Shown here in pieces: positions 28,012 through 38,492 of a DNA stretch of 64,000 bases. The stretch comes from Candidatus Latescibacterota bacterium (GTDB lineage Bacteria > Latescibacterota > UBA2968 > GCA-2709665). The notes beneath the pieces were generated by a model. It was given only the letters and a program-made list of their open reading frames with translations, was not told the origin of the DNA and ran no database searches. The stretch lies in contig OZ241917.1 in NCBI GenBank assembly GCA_965203805.1, forward strand, positions 3,520,001 to 3,584,000, written 5' to 3'. The number at the start of each line of letters is the position of its first letter. Within the stretch, counting starts at the first letter, position 1. Made by a program: the position numbers and the translations under genes.

Positions 28012-30729
28012 TCAAAACCCCGAAAACTCCGCCTTGCCGATCGAGGTGAGCGAGCGGTTCGTTGTGTTCAGGAAGGCCGATGTTCGCAGGCGGTAGCGTA
28101 CCGCTCCGGAAATTTCGCGATGCGGGAAGAACAGGTGGCGCATTCCCTTTCCTTCGATCGCAAATCCGGGGTCGGCTTCCAGCAACACATGGGTCAGGTT
28201 TCCTTTGCGCGCGACCCCTCGCACCCGGCATCCGCGGGTCGATCCGTCGCCGAAACTGACGATCGACGTCGCGCCGTCCAGCAGGTCGCCCTCGGGCAAT
28301 TCGCCCGTGACGACAAGCGCGTCGTACGGCGCGCCGGCATCGGTCCTCAGGGTACCGGTCACTTCGCCTCGATAGGCGCCGCTGCTTTCCAGTACGACCT
28401 GATTCCACTTCAGCAGCGTGCCGCCCCAGAGTCCCATCAATTCGGGCCGTCCGTCGCGCACCCTCGCGAATCCCACCTCGCCCGCGAGCGACAGACCTCC
28501 CCATTCGACGGCCTGCCCTCCCGAATCGCCCGAATACACGATATGGTCGACAACGCCGCGGTGCGATATGCGGAGGCCCACCGCGCCTCCTTCCAAACGC
28601 TCAACACGTACGTCTTCGACGGACGGAGACTCTTCGAACGGTTCGTGCACCGCGGCGAACAGGCTCGACAGAGGCGCGGGCCCCTTGCGGCGCAACAGAA
28701 AAATGGGCATTCGAAACCGGTCCAGGAGCGCGTCGTTCTCCTCCGCCCGCCGAAACGACATGGCATCCCCCGCGAAAACCTCCGCGCCCTCCTGTCCGGG
28801 AAGGTGCGTCCGCACCGCCACGGGTGAATCGTCGATGCTGAACGTGATCGACAAGTCGTCCGAAGCGGCGCCGCGAGAGACATTCTGAAAATACGCATAG
28901 GCGATATTCCGGCCTCCGGCGTCGCCCCGGTCCGACTCGCCGACGGGAAACCGGATGTCCACGTCCGGCAGCATGTTTTCGCCGTAGGCCGCAAGGGGAA
29001 CGCTGACCGTCGCATCCCCGTCCGCATCCGCGTCCCCACGCAGCGCCCAGTCGTGCTGTGAACCCCCTGTTACGCGAAAAAGGTCCACCGCGTAACCATC
29101 CGATTCCCCGGCGCCCACCAGAAGCAGCGCGCGACGGTAGACCTGCGCCACACCGGGGTACGCCCCCTCCCCGCTCGCTTCCACCCACTTCACCGCATCG
29201 AAACCCGGTTCGAAGGCCAGCAGCCGTCCGTCCGAGGGCCCTTGTCTGCCACCTGAATACTGCCGCTGCTCATCGATAACCACCGTATTGTGACAAAGCG
29301 TGCTCGTGCTCCAGACCCGGTGCCGCGTGTGGGTGTACCCGACGTCCGGAAACAGTTCGCGGCCTTTGGCGAACAGAACCATGTTCAGATTGTCCGCGTG
29401 CTGGTGCCCGTAGCCGCCGGAAAAGTGAAGATGAAGCTGCACCTGTTCGTCGCCCATGCCACGCCCCAGCCACGCGTGCCCGACTCCCGCCAGCAATGTT
29501 GAAACCGAGCGATCGGGTACCTTGAGGTTTCTGAAGTGCGCCCAGTTGTCGTGCATGGTCATCTGCCGCCCATCGGGATACCGGCAGATTTCCAGGATTC
29601 GCTCCGCCGAGGCGATCACAGGGATATCCCGTGAGAGTTCCAGGTTGTCCAGGCGGGTCCCGTTCTCCGGATGGACATAGCCCGGCGGGTCGCTATATCC
29701 CCGAACTGCACGGAATACCCTGTTCATTCCACCCATCGTCATCTGATGATAACCTACACTGCCCTCCATCCAGAACCCGTCTTCGTAGAACGTCCGTCTG
29801 AACAGTTCCCGGCTCCGCCTTACGCCTTCATGCACCAGCCCGGGATCCACCAGGACCCGGCCGATCACAATGTATCCTTCGTATATTCGCGGCCCCGCAT
29901 TGCCATAAACGGGCTCGTGAAACCGGTCCTGTCGAATGGCGCCGCGGAAGAATTCGTTCTCGATTCGCGCTTTCACGTCCGCCCCCACCTCTTCCGAGAG
30001 CCGCTCCAATTCGCCGCTGCCGTAGATCGAATCGTACGCAAAGACCAGGGGCGTGGGCATCTCGTCATGGCGCCATCGTCCCCACTTTCCGCCGCCGTTG
30101 GGATACGGCGGTTCCAGCGCGAACCCTTTGGGACGGTGCGGCCAGTCCCGGCTCACGAGGAAGCCGGGATAATACCGCGCGAATGCGTCCAGAATCAGCA
30201 CCGCGCGGCGCGCGTACGCCTGATCGCCCGTCATCTGGTACAGGTCGCCGAGCCGATGGGCGACCGTCGAAAAGTACGAACGCTCCTCCCGCCATGCCCT
30301 GGCCGAAAAGAGATATCTGTATCCGGTCGCGTCTTCCCAGTAGGGGTATTCCACCTCCACGCCCACGGGATTGACGACCTTCATCACCCGATCCTCGGGA
30401 TACTGATCGTTCGGAAACACCATCTCGCAGAACCGGCACTGAACGCGGTGCGGGTCGGAGATCGACCATCGCAACTGCCCCTCCTGCGTCCCCTCGTCGC
30501 AGTTCGGGCACCCCATGAACCGGAAGCCGGTTTTGTCCGGGACCAGCGCCACCATCCCGGCTTCGGACATCGCCATCACCCTGGACACCGATCGCTTCAA
30601 CGCGTTTACGCGTTTCGCCGACGCCTCAACCGGATAGACCGGGCGGGTCGTTTCCGCCAGGACCGATCTCGACCAGCCCAGAACAAACATGAAGAAGACC
30701 GCCAACACCAAAAGGCCCATCCATTCCAT
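28012..30729 (-). CDS. Secreted heparinase II/III-like polysaccharide lyase
   Basis: Signal peptide; DGFWMEGSVGYH, GHQHADNL, D.GY, HNTVVID; N-terminal CPNC/CRFC pair. Confidence 0.85.
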   Translation of the reverse strand: MEWMGLLVLAVFFMFVLGWSRSVLAETTRPVYPVEASAKRVNALKRSVSRVMAMSEAGMVALVPDKTGFRFMGCPNCDEGTQEGQLRWSISDPHRVQCRFCEMVFPNDQYPEDRVMKVVNPVGVEVEYPYWEDATGYRYLFSARAWREERSYFSTVAHRLGDLYQMTGDQAYARRAVLILDAFARYYPGFLVSRDWPHRPKGFALEPPYPNGGGKWGRWRHDEMPTPLVFAYDSIYGSGELERLSEEVGADVKARIENEFFRGAIRQDRFHEPVYGNAGPRIYEGYIVIGRVLVDPGLVHEGVRRSRELFRRTFYEDGFWMEGSVGYHQMTMGGMNRVFRAVRGYSDPPGYVHPENGTRLDNLELSRDIPVIASAERILEICRYPDGRQMTMHDNWAHFRNLKVPDRSVSTLLAGVGHAWLGRGMGDEQVQLHLHFSGGYGHQHADNLNMVLFAKGRELFPDVGYTHTRHRVWSTSTLCHNTVVIDEQRQYSGGRQGPSDGRLLAFEPGFDAVKWVEASGEGAYPGVAQVYRRALLLVGAGESDGYAVDLFRVTGGSQHDWALRGDADADGDATVSVPLAAYGENMLPDVDIRFPVGESDRGDAGGRNIAYAYFQNVSRGAASDDLSITFSIDDSPVAVRTHLPGQEGAEVFAGDAMSFRRAEENDALLDRFRMPIFLLRRKGPAPLSSLFAAVHEPFEESPSVEDVRVERLEGGAVGLRISHRGVVDHIVYSGDSGGQAVEWGGLSLAGEVGFARVRDGRPELMGLWGGTLLKWNQVVLESSGAYRGEVTGTLRTDAGAPYDALVVTGELPEGDLLDGATSIVSFGDGSTRGCRVRGVARKGNLTHVLLEADPGFAIEGKGMRHLFFPHREISGAVRYRLRTSAFLNTTNRSLTSIGKAEFSGF

Positions 30730-30831
30730 TCCAGGCCGTCCTTTCTTTTCTACGTACTGTCTGGGCCGGCAGTACGGATAACAGGTGTTCGGGTACATGG
30801 GTAACACTCTCTGAAGTGGAAGCATTCTCCA

Positions 30832-31812
30832 CTATTGTGCGTCGTCCCTGCGAACCAGCTTCCAGACGTCCGGAAACATGTTGTTGCCCGCGACCATCCA
30901 GAGCGCGTCGTTGTAGACGAATACACTGGCTGCATGGCGTGGGGCCCACGGCGTATCCGGCAGTTCGGACCAGTCCACACCATCAGAGCTGTACCACACG
31001 TCGTTCCGGTTCCAGCTTCCCGTCGCTTCGTCCATCGAACGATGGGCCGCCTCGTGAAAACACCCCTCCATCACCCACAGCTTTTCGTCCCAAACGCCAA
31101 CGTCGTGATACTGGCGAGGGACCCACGGCGCCGTCCGGGTATGCAATTCCCAATTGACGCCGTCGCCTGTGCTCCAGACGTCGCCGAACATCTTCCGGCT
31201 GTTGATCCGCGGCGTATCGTACGTGCCGCCGCCCAGAATCCAGATCCGGTCCTGAAAAACGGCGCTGCCGCCAATCATCCCCCTCGGCTCCCACGGCGCG
31301 TTTTCCAACACCCGGTTCCAGGTCCGCCCGTCGGCCGAATGCCATACGTCGTTGAAGAAGACCTCGTCTTCGTCCGCGAACTGCGGGATGGTCTGCCCGC
31401 CCATCACCCAGATTCTGCCGTCGTGAACCGCCGTATAGTGCAATACCCTCGGTCCCCAGGGCACGGGGTCGCACACCAGTTCCCAGTCCACGCCGTCGGA
31501 ACTTCGCCACACGTCGTTCTGATAGTGTCCCTGGTTGCAGTCTCCGCCCACAATCCACATGTGACCGTCGTGGACCGCGTATCCCGCGGTGTGGCGGCCC
31601 TCCCAGGGCGCCTCCTCGTTCACTTCGATCCAGGTTAACCCATCGACGGAACACCATACCTCGCTGTTGCAGATGATTGGGAAATTGACCTTGTCACGCG
31701 GATTCCAGCCGCCCAGCAGCCACATCCTGTCCTGAAACACCAGCGCGCCCGCGCCATCCCGTCCCGCGAACGCGGCATCTTCCGTTACGCAAATCCACTC
31801 GTATTCGGACAT
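30832..31812 (-). CDS. Kelch-like repeat beta-propeller protein
   Basis: Repeats PW..R.....V....W..GG....NDVW.S.DG..W; GGAGG RBS. Confidence 0.85.
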   Translation of the reverse strand: MSEYEWICVTEDAAFAGRDGAGALVFQDRMWLLGGWNPRDKVNFPIICNSEVWCSVDGLTWIEVNEEAPWEGRHTAGYAVHDGHMWIVGGDCNQGHYQNDVWRSSDGVDWELVCDPVPWGPRVLHYTAVHDGRIWVMGGQTIPQFADEDEVFFNDVWHSADGRTWNRVLENAPWEPRGMIGGSAVFQDRIWILGGGTYDTPRINSRKMFGDVWSTGDGVNWELHTRTAPWVPRQYHDVGVWDEKLWVMEGCFHEAAHRSMDEATGSWNRNDVWYSSDGVDWSELPDTPWAPRHAASVFVYNDALWMVAGNNMFPDVWKLVRRDDAQ

Positions 31813-31857
31813 AAAGGCCTCCATAAATAGGGGTGAGGCAGCTGTCAGCCGTCAGCT

Positions 31858-31955
31858 CTCAGCAGTCAGCCAGACCCGGTTAGCGATACGGTCTGCCGAC
31901 ATCAATTCGCGATACCTGCGCCATTATGTGGGCGACCACAAGGGTCGCCCCTACA
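31858..31955 (+). repeat. 98-bp REP-containing direct repeat, copy 1
   Basis: Colinear with 36764-36861; ends in GGGCGACCACAAGGGTCGCCCCTAC (GTAG-type REP on the minus strand). Confidence 0.88.
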
Positions 31956-32021
31956 GCGCGAACCTCTCCCCCCTGGCCCCCTCTCCTGCGAGGAGAGGGG
32001 GAGGAAAACCGGGGCCTCGCG

Positions 32022-35000
32022 TCAGCGCGTCCAAGAGGCCGCATCGGGGATGCCGTAGCTGGTAAGGACCTCCAGTTCAGGCGTCGCGAGACTCTTCGCT
32101 GGCCGCTTGGCAGCCGCCTCGACCCAGTCCCTCAGGATGCCCCGGACACTTCCCGTCGTGCGGTCCAGCAGCAGCGCGACGGCGGGGTCCTGTTCGCCAT
32201 CGAGGACCGAGACGCCTTCAGGGCCGGAAAACGCGATACGCGCCAGCCGGTCGGCCCAATCCGGCTGCACCGGAAGAATGAACGCGAAGTAGCGGCCCTT
32301 GCCGCCGCAAGCGATTTCGGCCATACCGAACGTCAGGTCGAACACCGTGCCACCGGCCTCATCCTCCCCTCTGAGCCGATACGGACCATCCGTCTGTGGC
32401 GGCGACGGTGACGCGTTGACCACAAACGCGGGTTCAAGGAACGGTTGTTTGTTATCGTTCACGCCGCCCCAAAGCAGCAAGCCCTTCGCCGAGGTAGCGT
32501 AGGCCGCAACCTCGAATCTGTCCCGTTCATGGTAGCGATGTCGCAGCGCCCTGGAAAAGCTAAACTCGCTGATCCACTGCGGGTGGCAGTACGTCATCAG
32601 GTCTGACGTTTCGGGATTCACAAGCGACCCGCTGAGGAAATCGTATCCCCACGCGCCGATGGAGCCGTCTTCGGTGGGATAATCGGGATCGGAACCAAGT
32701 GCGCCACATCCCGGGGCGTGGAAGAGATTCAGGTTATGACCGAGTTCGTGCGCGATCACGTTCCCGTCGAGGATGGACAGGCTTACGTATCCTGGCAACT
32801 GTGCGATCCCCTGTATGCCACTTTCGCCTGTCTTTCTGAAAATCCCCATATGGTGACCTTGCTGGCCTTCCATGGCATAAATCAGTTCGGTCTCACGTAT
32901 CAACGTTTCATACCCGTCGCCGGTGGGATCGGCCGAAGTCAATACTGGCTCGTGAATGGTCAGACCGAAGTCACGCACCGGAAGGATATCGCGGGTCAAC
33001 CGGAACAGGCCAGATTCAGTCGACAAGTCATTTATTTCCAACAAGACGGTACTGTCCGGGTTCTCGGCCCACAGAAATGGGACCAATGTCAGCTCGAAGG
33101 GCGGTAGGGACGTCACGTCCACTGCCGTTCTGCCCGTCGCGGGCAAACGAGCACCGATACCCAGGCCCGGGTCCAGTGTCCGGTCCGGATCGATCTCCAC
33201 TACCATCTCCAGTCCAGGCATGACCACCGAGCCCGGCACCACCGCGTTGGCCGAATTCAACAGGGACGCCTCATTGATCTGCCAGGGGATGCCCGCCGCC
33301 CGGCCTTCGATCTCCGTAGTATGCACCTCCGCGCCGTTCAGATAGAAGGCGGCACGCACGGGGGGCATCTGCGCATCCAGGTCCCGCGCCGCGGTAACGA
33401 ACACACGCAACAGAGCGTCCTCGCCAGCCACCAGTGACACGGGATATTTCAGCGATTGCGTCACCTGCGTCAGGTAGGCCGTTGACAGGTCCATGAGGTC
33501 GCAGTTCGGCACACGGCTGTCAGGAATTTCTCTGAGCCACGCCTGGAATTCCGAGCCTTCGGGGACGCACACGAGCGTTTCTTTCAAACCGAGGGTTTCC
33601 AGGTTGAGATTGGTAAACGTGTGCGAAAGGCTTCCCCTCAAAGCGCCGTTATAGGCGAGGTCCAGCGACTTGAGATTGGGGAGATTGCCCAGTTCCGGCG
33701 GTATCTCACCGGACAACTGATTGATGCTGAGGTCAAGCGACTCGAGATTGGTGAGTTGCCCCAGTTCTGAAGGTATCTCGCCGGTCAATCGGTTTGACGT
33801 AAGGTTCAATCTTTGCAGATTGACCAGCTGTCCCAACCCGGACGGTATCTTACCGGTCAACTGGTTATTGTCAAGGTACAGTTCCTGAATATTGGTCAAC
33901 CGTCTCAGTTCGGAGGGTATTTCACCAGTCAACTGGTTTTTTCCCAGGAATATCCGCCTGAGATTGGTGAGCTGTCCGAATTCCGCTGGTATCGGTCCCG
34001 TCAACAGGTTTTTGTTAAGAAACAGATCATCGAGATTGGCCAGTTTTCCCAGTTCGGAGGGTATCTCGCCCATCAGCTGATTGTGGCCGATTTCCAGTTG
34101 TATGAGATTGGTGAGTTGTCCAAGTTCCGGTGGAATACCTCCCGTCAACTCATTATCGCTAAGTCCCAAACTTCGGAGAACAGACAACCGTCCGAGTCTC
34201 GGGGGTATCTCGCCCGTCAACCGATTGGACCCAAGCCCCAGCGATTCGAGATTCGTGAGTTGACCAAGCTCTGGCGGGATCCCTCCCGTTAATCTGTTCC
34301 CGGAAAGACTCAAGCGGCTGAGCTTGGTCAACTGCCGCAGTGACACGGGTATCTTGCCCGACAACCAGTTTCCATCAAGACGCACCGTTTCGAGATTGGT
34401 CAACCGGCCAAGCTCTGGTGGGATCTCCCCCGTTAACCCACTCGCGGCAAGGCCCAAGGACGTGAGATTCGTGAGTTGACCAATTTCCGGCGGAATCCCT
34501 CCCGTAAGTTGATTTCCGAACAGTCTCAGATAGGTGAGTCTGGTTAATTGTCCAAGCTCTGGTGGAATGCCACCCGTTAATTGATTATCTCCAAGGTCCA
34601 GGAATGTGAGATGGGCCAACTGTCCCAGTTGGCGAGGTATCGCTCCGTTCAGATTGTTCTTATACAGTTCCACTCTGGACACCCGTCCGCCGGCATCGGT
34701 GGTCACACCATACCATTGGCCTAGCGGCGCGGTGCTGGCCCAATTCGTGGCATTCGTCCAGTTCGATCCATGGGTCCCGTTGTATAACTCAACCAATGCA
34801 TAGTAGTCCACGCGTGTCTCAGTGCAGCGGGAAACCCCGGTTCTGCTGGGTATCCGTTCGTACCAGGCCTGGAATTCCTCCTGCGGGGGCCCGCACAATT
34901 GCGTTCCGTCCAGCGCCAGCGAATCCAGCGTGAGCTGAGTCAGCCCTAATGGTACTGGCCCGGACAATGCGGCGTTAGTCGAAAGGTTCAGCGTTTTGAG

Positions 35001-36713
35001 GTGGGCCAGGTCTCCAAGCTGGTGAGGTATTGTTCCCCTCAGGTTGTTGCCTCGCAGGTCAAGTCTGGTCACACCGCCATCGGCGCCGACTGTCACTCCG
35101 TCCCACTCGCCCAGGTTCTCGGTACTCAACCAGTTTGTCTTATTCTTCCAGTTTGATCCGTCGGCCGACCTGTACAATGCAACCAGAGCATCACGTTCCG
35201 GAAACACACAAAGATCGCCGACTCTCTTTACACGTATCCCCTCGAGCCATTTGTGGAATTCGGCCGTCTGAGGTATACACACCTGTGTGTCATGCAAGTG
35301 AAACTCTGCCAGAGTGAGACCGGTGAAAGATTCCGGCAGCGGCCCAGTCAGGTCATTGTTTTGATGGAAGTATATTTCTCTAAGTTCGGTAAGCTGGCCC
35401 AGTTCAGACGGTATCCTCCCTGTCAACTGATTCCAACCAAGGAACAAATATCGCAGATCAGACATTTCGCCCAGTTCCGAGGGGATCGGGCCTGTTATCA
35501 GGTTTACTCCAAGTTCCAGATCCTGCAGCCGCGTCAACTGTCCCAGTTCAGGGGGGATCGCTCCCGTCAGTTCATTGTAGGCAAGGTTCAACGATGCAAG
35601 ATTGGCGAGTTGGCCCAGTTCAGGGGGGATCCCGCCCCCCAGTGGGTTAGTGTTAAGCCATAACGTTTTGAGACTGCTGAGTTGGCCCAGTTCAGGGGGG
35701 ATCGGGCCGGTCAATTTGTTACCGTCGAGGATCAACATTTCGAGGTTGGTGAGTTGGCCCAGTTCAGGGGGGATCGCTCCCGTCAGTTCATTATTGGCAA
35801 GGTCTAACGAAGTGAGGTTGGTGAGTTTTGCAAGTTCCGTTGGTATCGGCCCATTCAGGTCATTTATGTCAAGCTCTAACACTCTTAAGTTGGTTAGTTG
35901 GCCCAACTCCGGCGGGATCGGACCCGTCAAGTCATTGTTCCAACTAAGGTCCAATGTTTCAAGATTCGTGAGTTGGCCCAGTTCCGCCGGGATCGGGCCC
36001 GTCAACCCACTGACCCAAAATACCATGTTCTTAAGCCTGGCGAGCTTGCCCAGTTCGGCAGGAATCGCCCCATTCAATGAGTTTACCGAAAGATCCAAAT
36101 CTTCGAGATTCGTGAGCTGTCCAAGCTCTGGCGGTATCCCTCCGCTCAGGTCATTCCCGCTGAGAATCAAATGTGTGAGCTTTGTGAGTTCCCCTAGTTC
36201 CGGCGGGATCGGGCCCGCCAGTTTATTTCTAACCAGGTGAAGCGACGTGACACGACCGTTTTGTGCGCTGACGCCATACCAGGTTGAAAGGTCCTTCTCC
36301 GTCAGCCAATTGGTGTTGTTCTCCCAGTTGGGACCGTCCGTCGCGTTGTACAGTGCGACCAATGCATCCCGATCCCCGCCGGATACAGGGACCTTTTCTC
36401 CGAAACGTCCCGAAAAAATCACAAAATCGCCGAATCCGATCGATCCGTCACCGTCCAGATCATACCGTGGGTCATACTCGGCGTCCCCTTTTCCTGACCC
36501 GAATATTTCTGCAAGCAGAACGAAATCGCTGAAGCCAACCGTCCCATTGCCGTCGAAGTCAGGGGAACCGGCGGCGTGCGGCGAACTTGCCTGCGAATAT
36601 TGAGATCCCACGCAAATCAACACGGCGGAATACAGTATCGCGAATACCGAAACCGATTTGGTCCTATACCCCGCGAATCGTCCCCCCGTAGGTAATGTTC
36701 GACGCTCGTTCAC
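32022..36713 (-). CDS. Dockerin-like / plant-type LRR / M66-like zinc metalloprotease
   Basis: N-terminal DFDGNG..DLDGDG pair; three LRR blocks each with an ALVxLY..W..TNW cap; 24-aa LxxLxLxxNxLxGxIPxELG repeats; HELGHNLNLFH, WGYD, DLMTYC. Confidence 0.9.
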   Translation of the reverse strand: MNERRTLPTGGRFAGYRTKSVSVFAILYSAVLICVGSQYSQASSPHAAGSPDFDGNGTVGFSDFVLLAEIFGSGKGDAEYDPRYDLDGDGSIGFGDFVIFSGRFGEKVPVSGGDRDALVALYNATDGPNWENNTNWLTEKDLSTWYGVSAQNGRVTSLHLVRNKLAGPIPPELGELTKLTHLILSGNDLSGGIPPELGQLTNLEDLDLSVNSLNGAIPAELGKLARLKNMVFWVSGLTGPIPAELGQLTNLETLDLSWNNDLTGPIPPELGQLTNLRVLELDINDLNGPIPTELAKLTNLTSLDLANNELTGAIPPELGQLTNLEMLILDGNKLTGPIPPELGQLSSLKTLWLNTNPLGGGIPPELGQLANLASLNLAYNELTGAIPPELGQLTRLQDLELGVNLITGPIPSELGEMSDLRYLFLGWNQLTGRIPSELGQLTELREIYFHQNNDLTGPLPESFTGLTLAEFHLHDTQVCIPQTAEFHKWLEGIRVKRVGDLCVFPERDALVALYRSADGSNWKNKTNWLSTENLGEWDGVTVGADGGVTRLDLRGNNLRGTIPHQLGDLAHLKTLNLSTNAALSGPVPLGLTQLTLDSLALDGTQLCGPPQEEFQAWYERIPSRTGVSRCTETRVDYYALVELYNGTHGSNWTNATNWASTAPLGQWYGVTTDAGGRVSRVELYKNNLNGAIPRQLGQLAHLTFLDLGDNQLTGGIPPELGQLTRLTYLRLFGNQLTGGIPPEIGQLTNLTSLGLAASGLTGEIPPELGRLTNLETVRLDGNWLSGKIPVSLRQLTKLSRLSLSGNRLTGGIPPELGQLTNLESLGLGSNRLTGEIPPRLGRLSVLRSLGLSDNELTGGIPPELGQLTNLIQLEIGHNQLMGEIPSELGKLANLDDLFLNKNLLTGPIPAEFGQLTNLRRIFLGKNQLTGEIPSELRRLTNIQELYLDNNQLTGKIPSGLGQLVNLQRLNLTSNRLTGEIPSELGQLTNLESLDLSINQLSGEIPPELGNLPNLKSLDLAYNGALRGSLSHTFTNLNLETLGLKETLVCVPEGSEFQAWLREIPDSRVPNCDLMDLSTAYLTQVTQSLKYPVSLVAGEDALLRVFVTAARDLDAQMPPVRAAFYLNGAEVHTTEIEGRAAGIPWQINEASLLNSANAVVPGSVVMPGLEMVVEIDPDRTLDPGLGIGARLPATGRTAVDVTSLPPFELTLVPFLWAENPDSTVLLEINDLSTESGLFRLTRDILPVRDFGLTIHEPVLTSADPTGDGYETLIRETELIYAMEGQQGHHMGIFRKTGESGIQGIAQLPGYVSLSILDGNVIAHELGHNLNLFHAPGCGALGSDPDYPTEDGSIGAWGYDFLSGSLVNPETSDLMTYCHPQWISEFSFSRALRHRYHERDRFEVAAYATSAKGLLLWGGVNDNKQPFLEPAFVVNASPSPPQTDGPYRLRGEDEAGGTVFDLTFGMAEIACGGKGRYFAFILPVQPDWADRLARIAFSGPEGVSVLDGEQDPAVALLLDRTTGSVRGILRDWVEAAAKRPAKSLATPELEVLTSYGIPDAASWTR

Positions 36714-36763
36714 CGCGATCTCGCACCTGAAAGCAATGCCGAATCAGCAGTCAGCAATTAGCG

Positions 36764-36861
36764 CTCAGCAGTCAGCCAGACCAGGTTGACGATACGGCCT
36801 GTCGACATCAATTCGCGATACCTGCGCGAATATGAGGGCGACCACAGGGGTCGCCCCTACA
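36764..36861 (+). repeat. 98-bp REP-containing direct repeat, copy 2
   Basis: Matches 31858-31955; another REP at 37028-37051. Confidence 0.88.
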
Positions 36862-37411
36862 ACTGCAAACGCCCCCCAGCCCGTCTCCCCCGGGGCAGAC
36901 GGGAGACGGAAGAGGGGAGAGAATGCCTGCCTCGTGCGGTTTCATTTCTTGCCGGTGGCATAACGGAAGTACCAATCGGGCAAGGGCTTCTTCTCACGGC
37001 TCACGTCTTACGACTCCCCGATTTTGTGCGGCCACAAGGGTCGCCCCTACAAAAACAACGACGGTGCGTCCGCAAAGAAAAAAGCCGCGCCACGGACAAT
37101 GCCTCGGGCGGGGCTATTTCTTGGGCGTGACAGGTTGAATCCTACCCCCTTCTTGGGGGAAGTCTAACCCGCTCCGAGCCACCTGGTTCCTCCCCCTTTC
37201 CCCCCGGGAGAGGGGGCCGGGGGGAGAGGTCTGCGGCCGTTATCGTCCTGCCACTTCACGGCTCTGACGTTAACGGTTTTGCTTTTCGCTGTTTGTCTTT
37301 GCTTCAGGCTGAATGCTGACTGCTATTGGCTGCTCTCTCCCTTCGTGTCTCCGTGTGAGTTGCTTTTCGCTTTTGATTTTAGCTGACTGCTGATTGCTAA
37401 CGGCTGTATTT

Positions 37412-38467
37412 CTACCATCCCTGCCGGCCCACGTACAGGCCCCGATTCTTCATGGGCAGCCGGACGCGGACGCCGCCGAGTCGATGGGACTCGATAAAGC
37501 CCATGATCATCTCCTGGCTTCGCCGGGCCAACTGGATCGGCCCACTGGTCTCGCGGTTGTCATCCAACGCCTCGGCGATATCCCTGAGACCGTTCACAGT
37601 ACCACTTTCCCTCGGCACCTCGGGAAACGGCCGCTCTTTCAGCGCACGCGGCGCGCCGGAGGCCTGCCGGAACTGACAGGTCATCCCGTTGTCGAACGTC
37701 CTCAGCTTTCCGCCGGAGCCGCAAAGCTCGAATTCCGCTCCGCTGCCGGCCGTTACATAACCGAGGACGCCGTTGTGAAACCGCACGAACCCGGCCGCCA
37801 CGCCCGGGTCCACGTTCAGCCGGTTGTCGTCCCAGTCCCCATCCTCACACACAATGGTTCCCTGAACGAAATCGATCTCCGGATCGCCCGCAAGGTACAA
37901 CATCATATCCGATCCGTGGGTGAGCCCCCACAACGCGGCGGTCACCCCCTGCTGCACAATCACGGCCTGGATCGTCCCCAATTCGCCCGCGTCGGCCAGT
38001 TCCCGCATTTTCTGATAGATCGGAATATACCGGCGCTGGGTGCCGTAATTGAACTTCGTTCCGTTCCGCTCTACCGCCGCCACCATCGCGTCGGCTTCCT
38101 CCATCGAGCAGCAAAGCGGCTTTTCGCAATAGATCCCCTTTACGCCATGGTCAGCCGCGAACACGGTCATCTCCGAGTGGGTTGCGGGGCGCGTGGCGAT
38201 ACACACGATATCCGGATTCTCTTTGTCGATCATCTCCCGGTAGTCGGTATAGCAGACCGGAACGTTGTACCGTTCCCGAATCGACTCCGCCTTCCCGGCC
38301 ACCACGTCCGAGACCGCAATCAGTTCCGTCCGCTCGCAGGCCACGGCGGCCGCGGCGTGCGAGTACGGAATCCAGAGGTTGCTGTCGGGATGGTCGCGCA
38401 CTTCATCGTCGATGGTCGCCCCCATCCGTCCGCATCCGATCAGCGCCGTACGATAACGATCCGCCAT
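37412..38467 (-). CDS. Gfo/Idh/MocA oxidoreductase
   Basis: ALIGCGRMG, DIVCIAT, YCEKP. Confidence 0.9.
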   Translation of the reverse strand: MADRYRTALIGCGRMGATIDDEVRDHPDSNLWIPYSHAAAAVACERTELIAVSDVVAGKAESIRERYNVPVCYTDYREMIDKENPDIVCIATRPATHSEMTVFAADHGVKGIYCEKPLCCSMEEADAMVAAVERNGTKFNYGTQRRYIPIYQKMRELADAGELGTIQAVIVQQGVTAALWGLTHGSDMMLYLAGDPEIDFVQGTIVCEDGDWDDNRLNVDPGVAAGFVRFHNGVLGYVTAGSGAEFELCGSGGKLRTFDNGMTCQFRQASGAPRALKERPFPEVPRESGTVNGLRDIAEALDDNRETSGPIQLARRSQEMIMGFIESHRLGGVRVRLPMKNRGLYVGRQGW

Positions 38468-38492
38468 TTTCCTGTCCTCGTGTTGATGGGTG

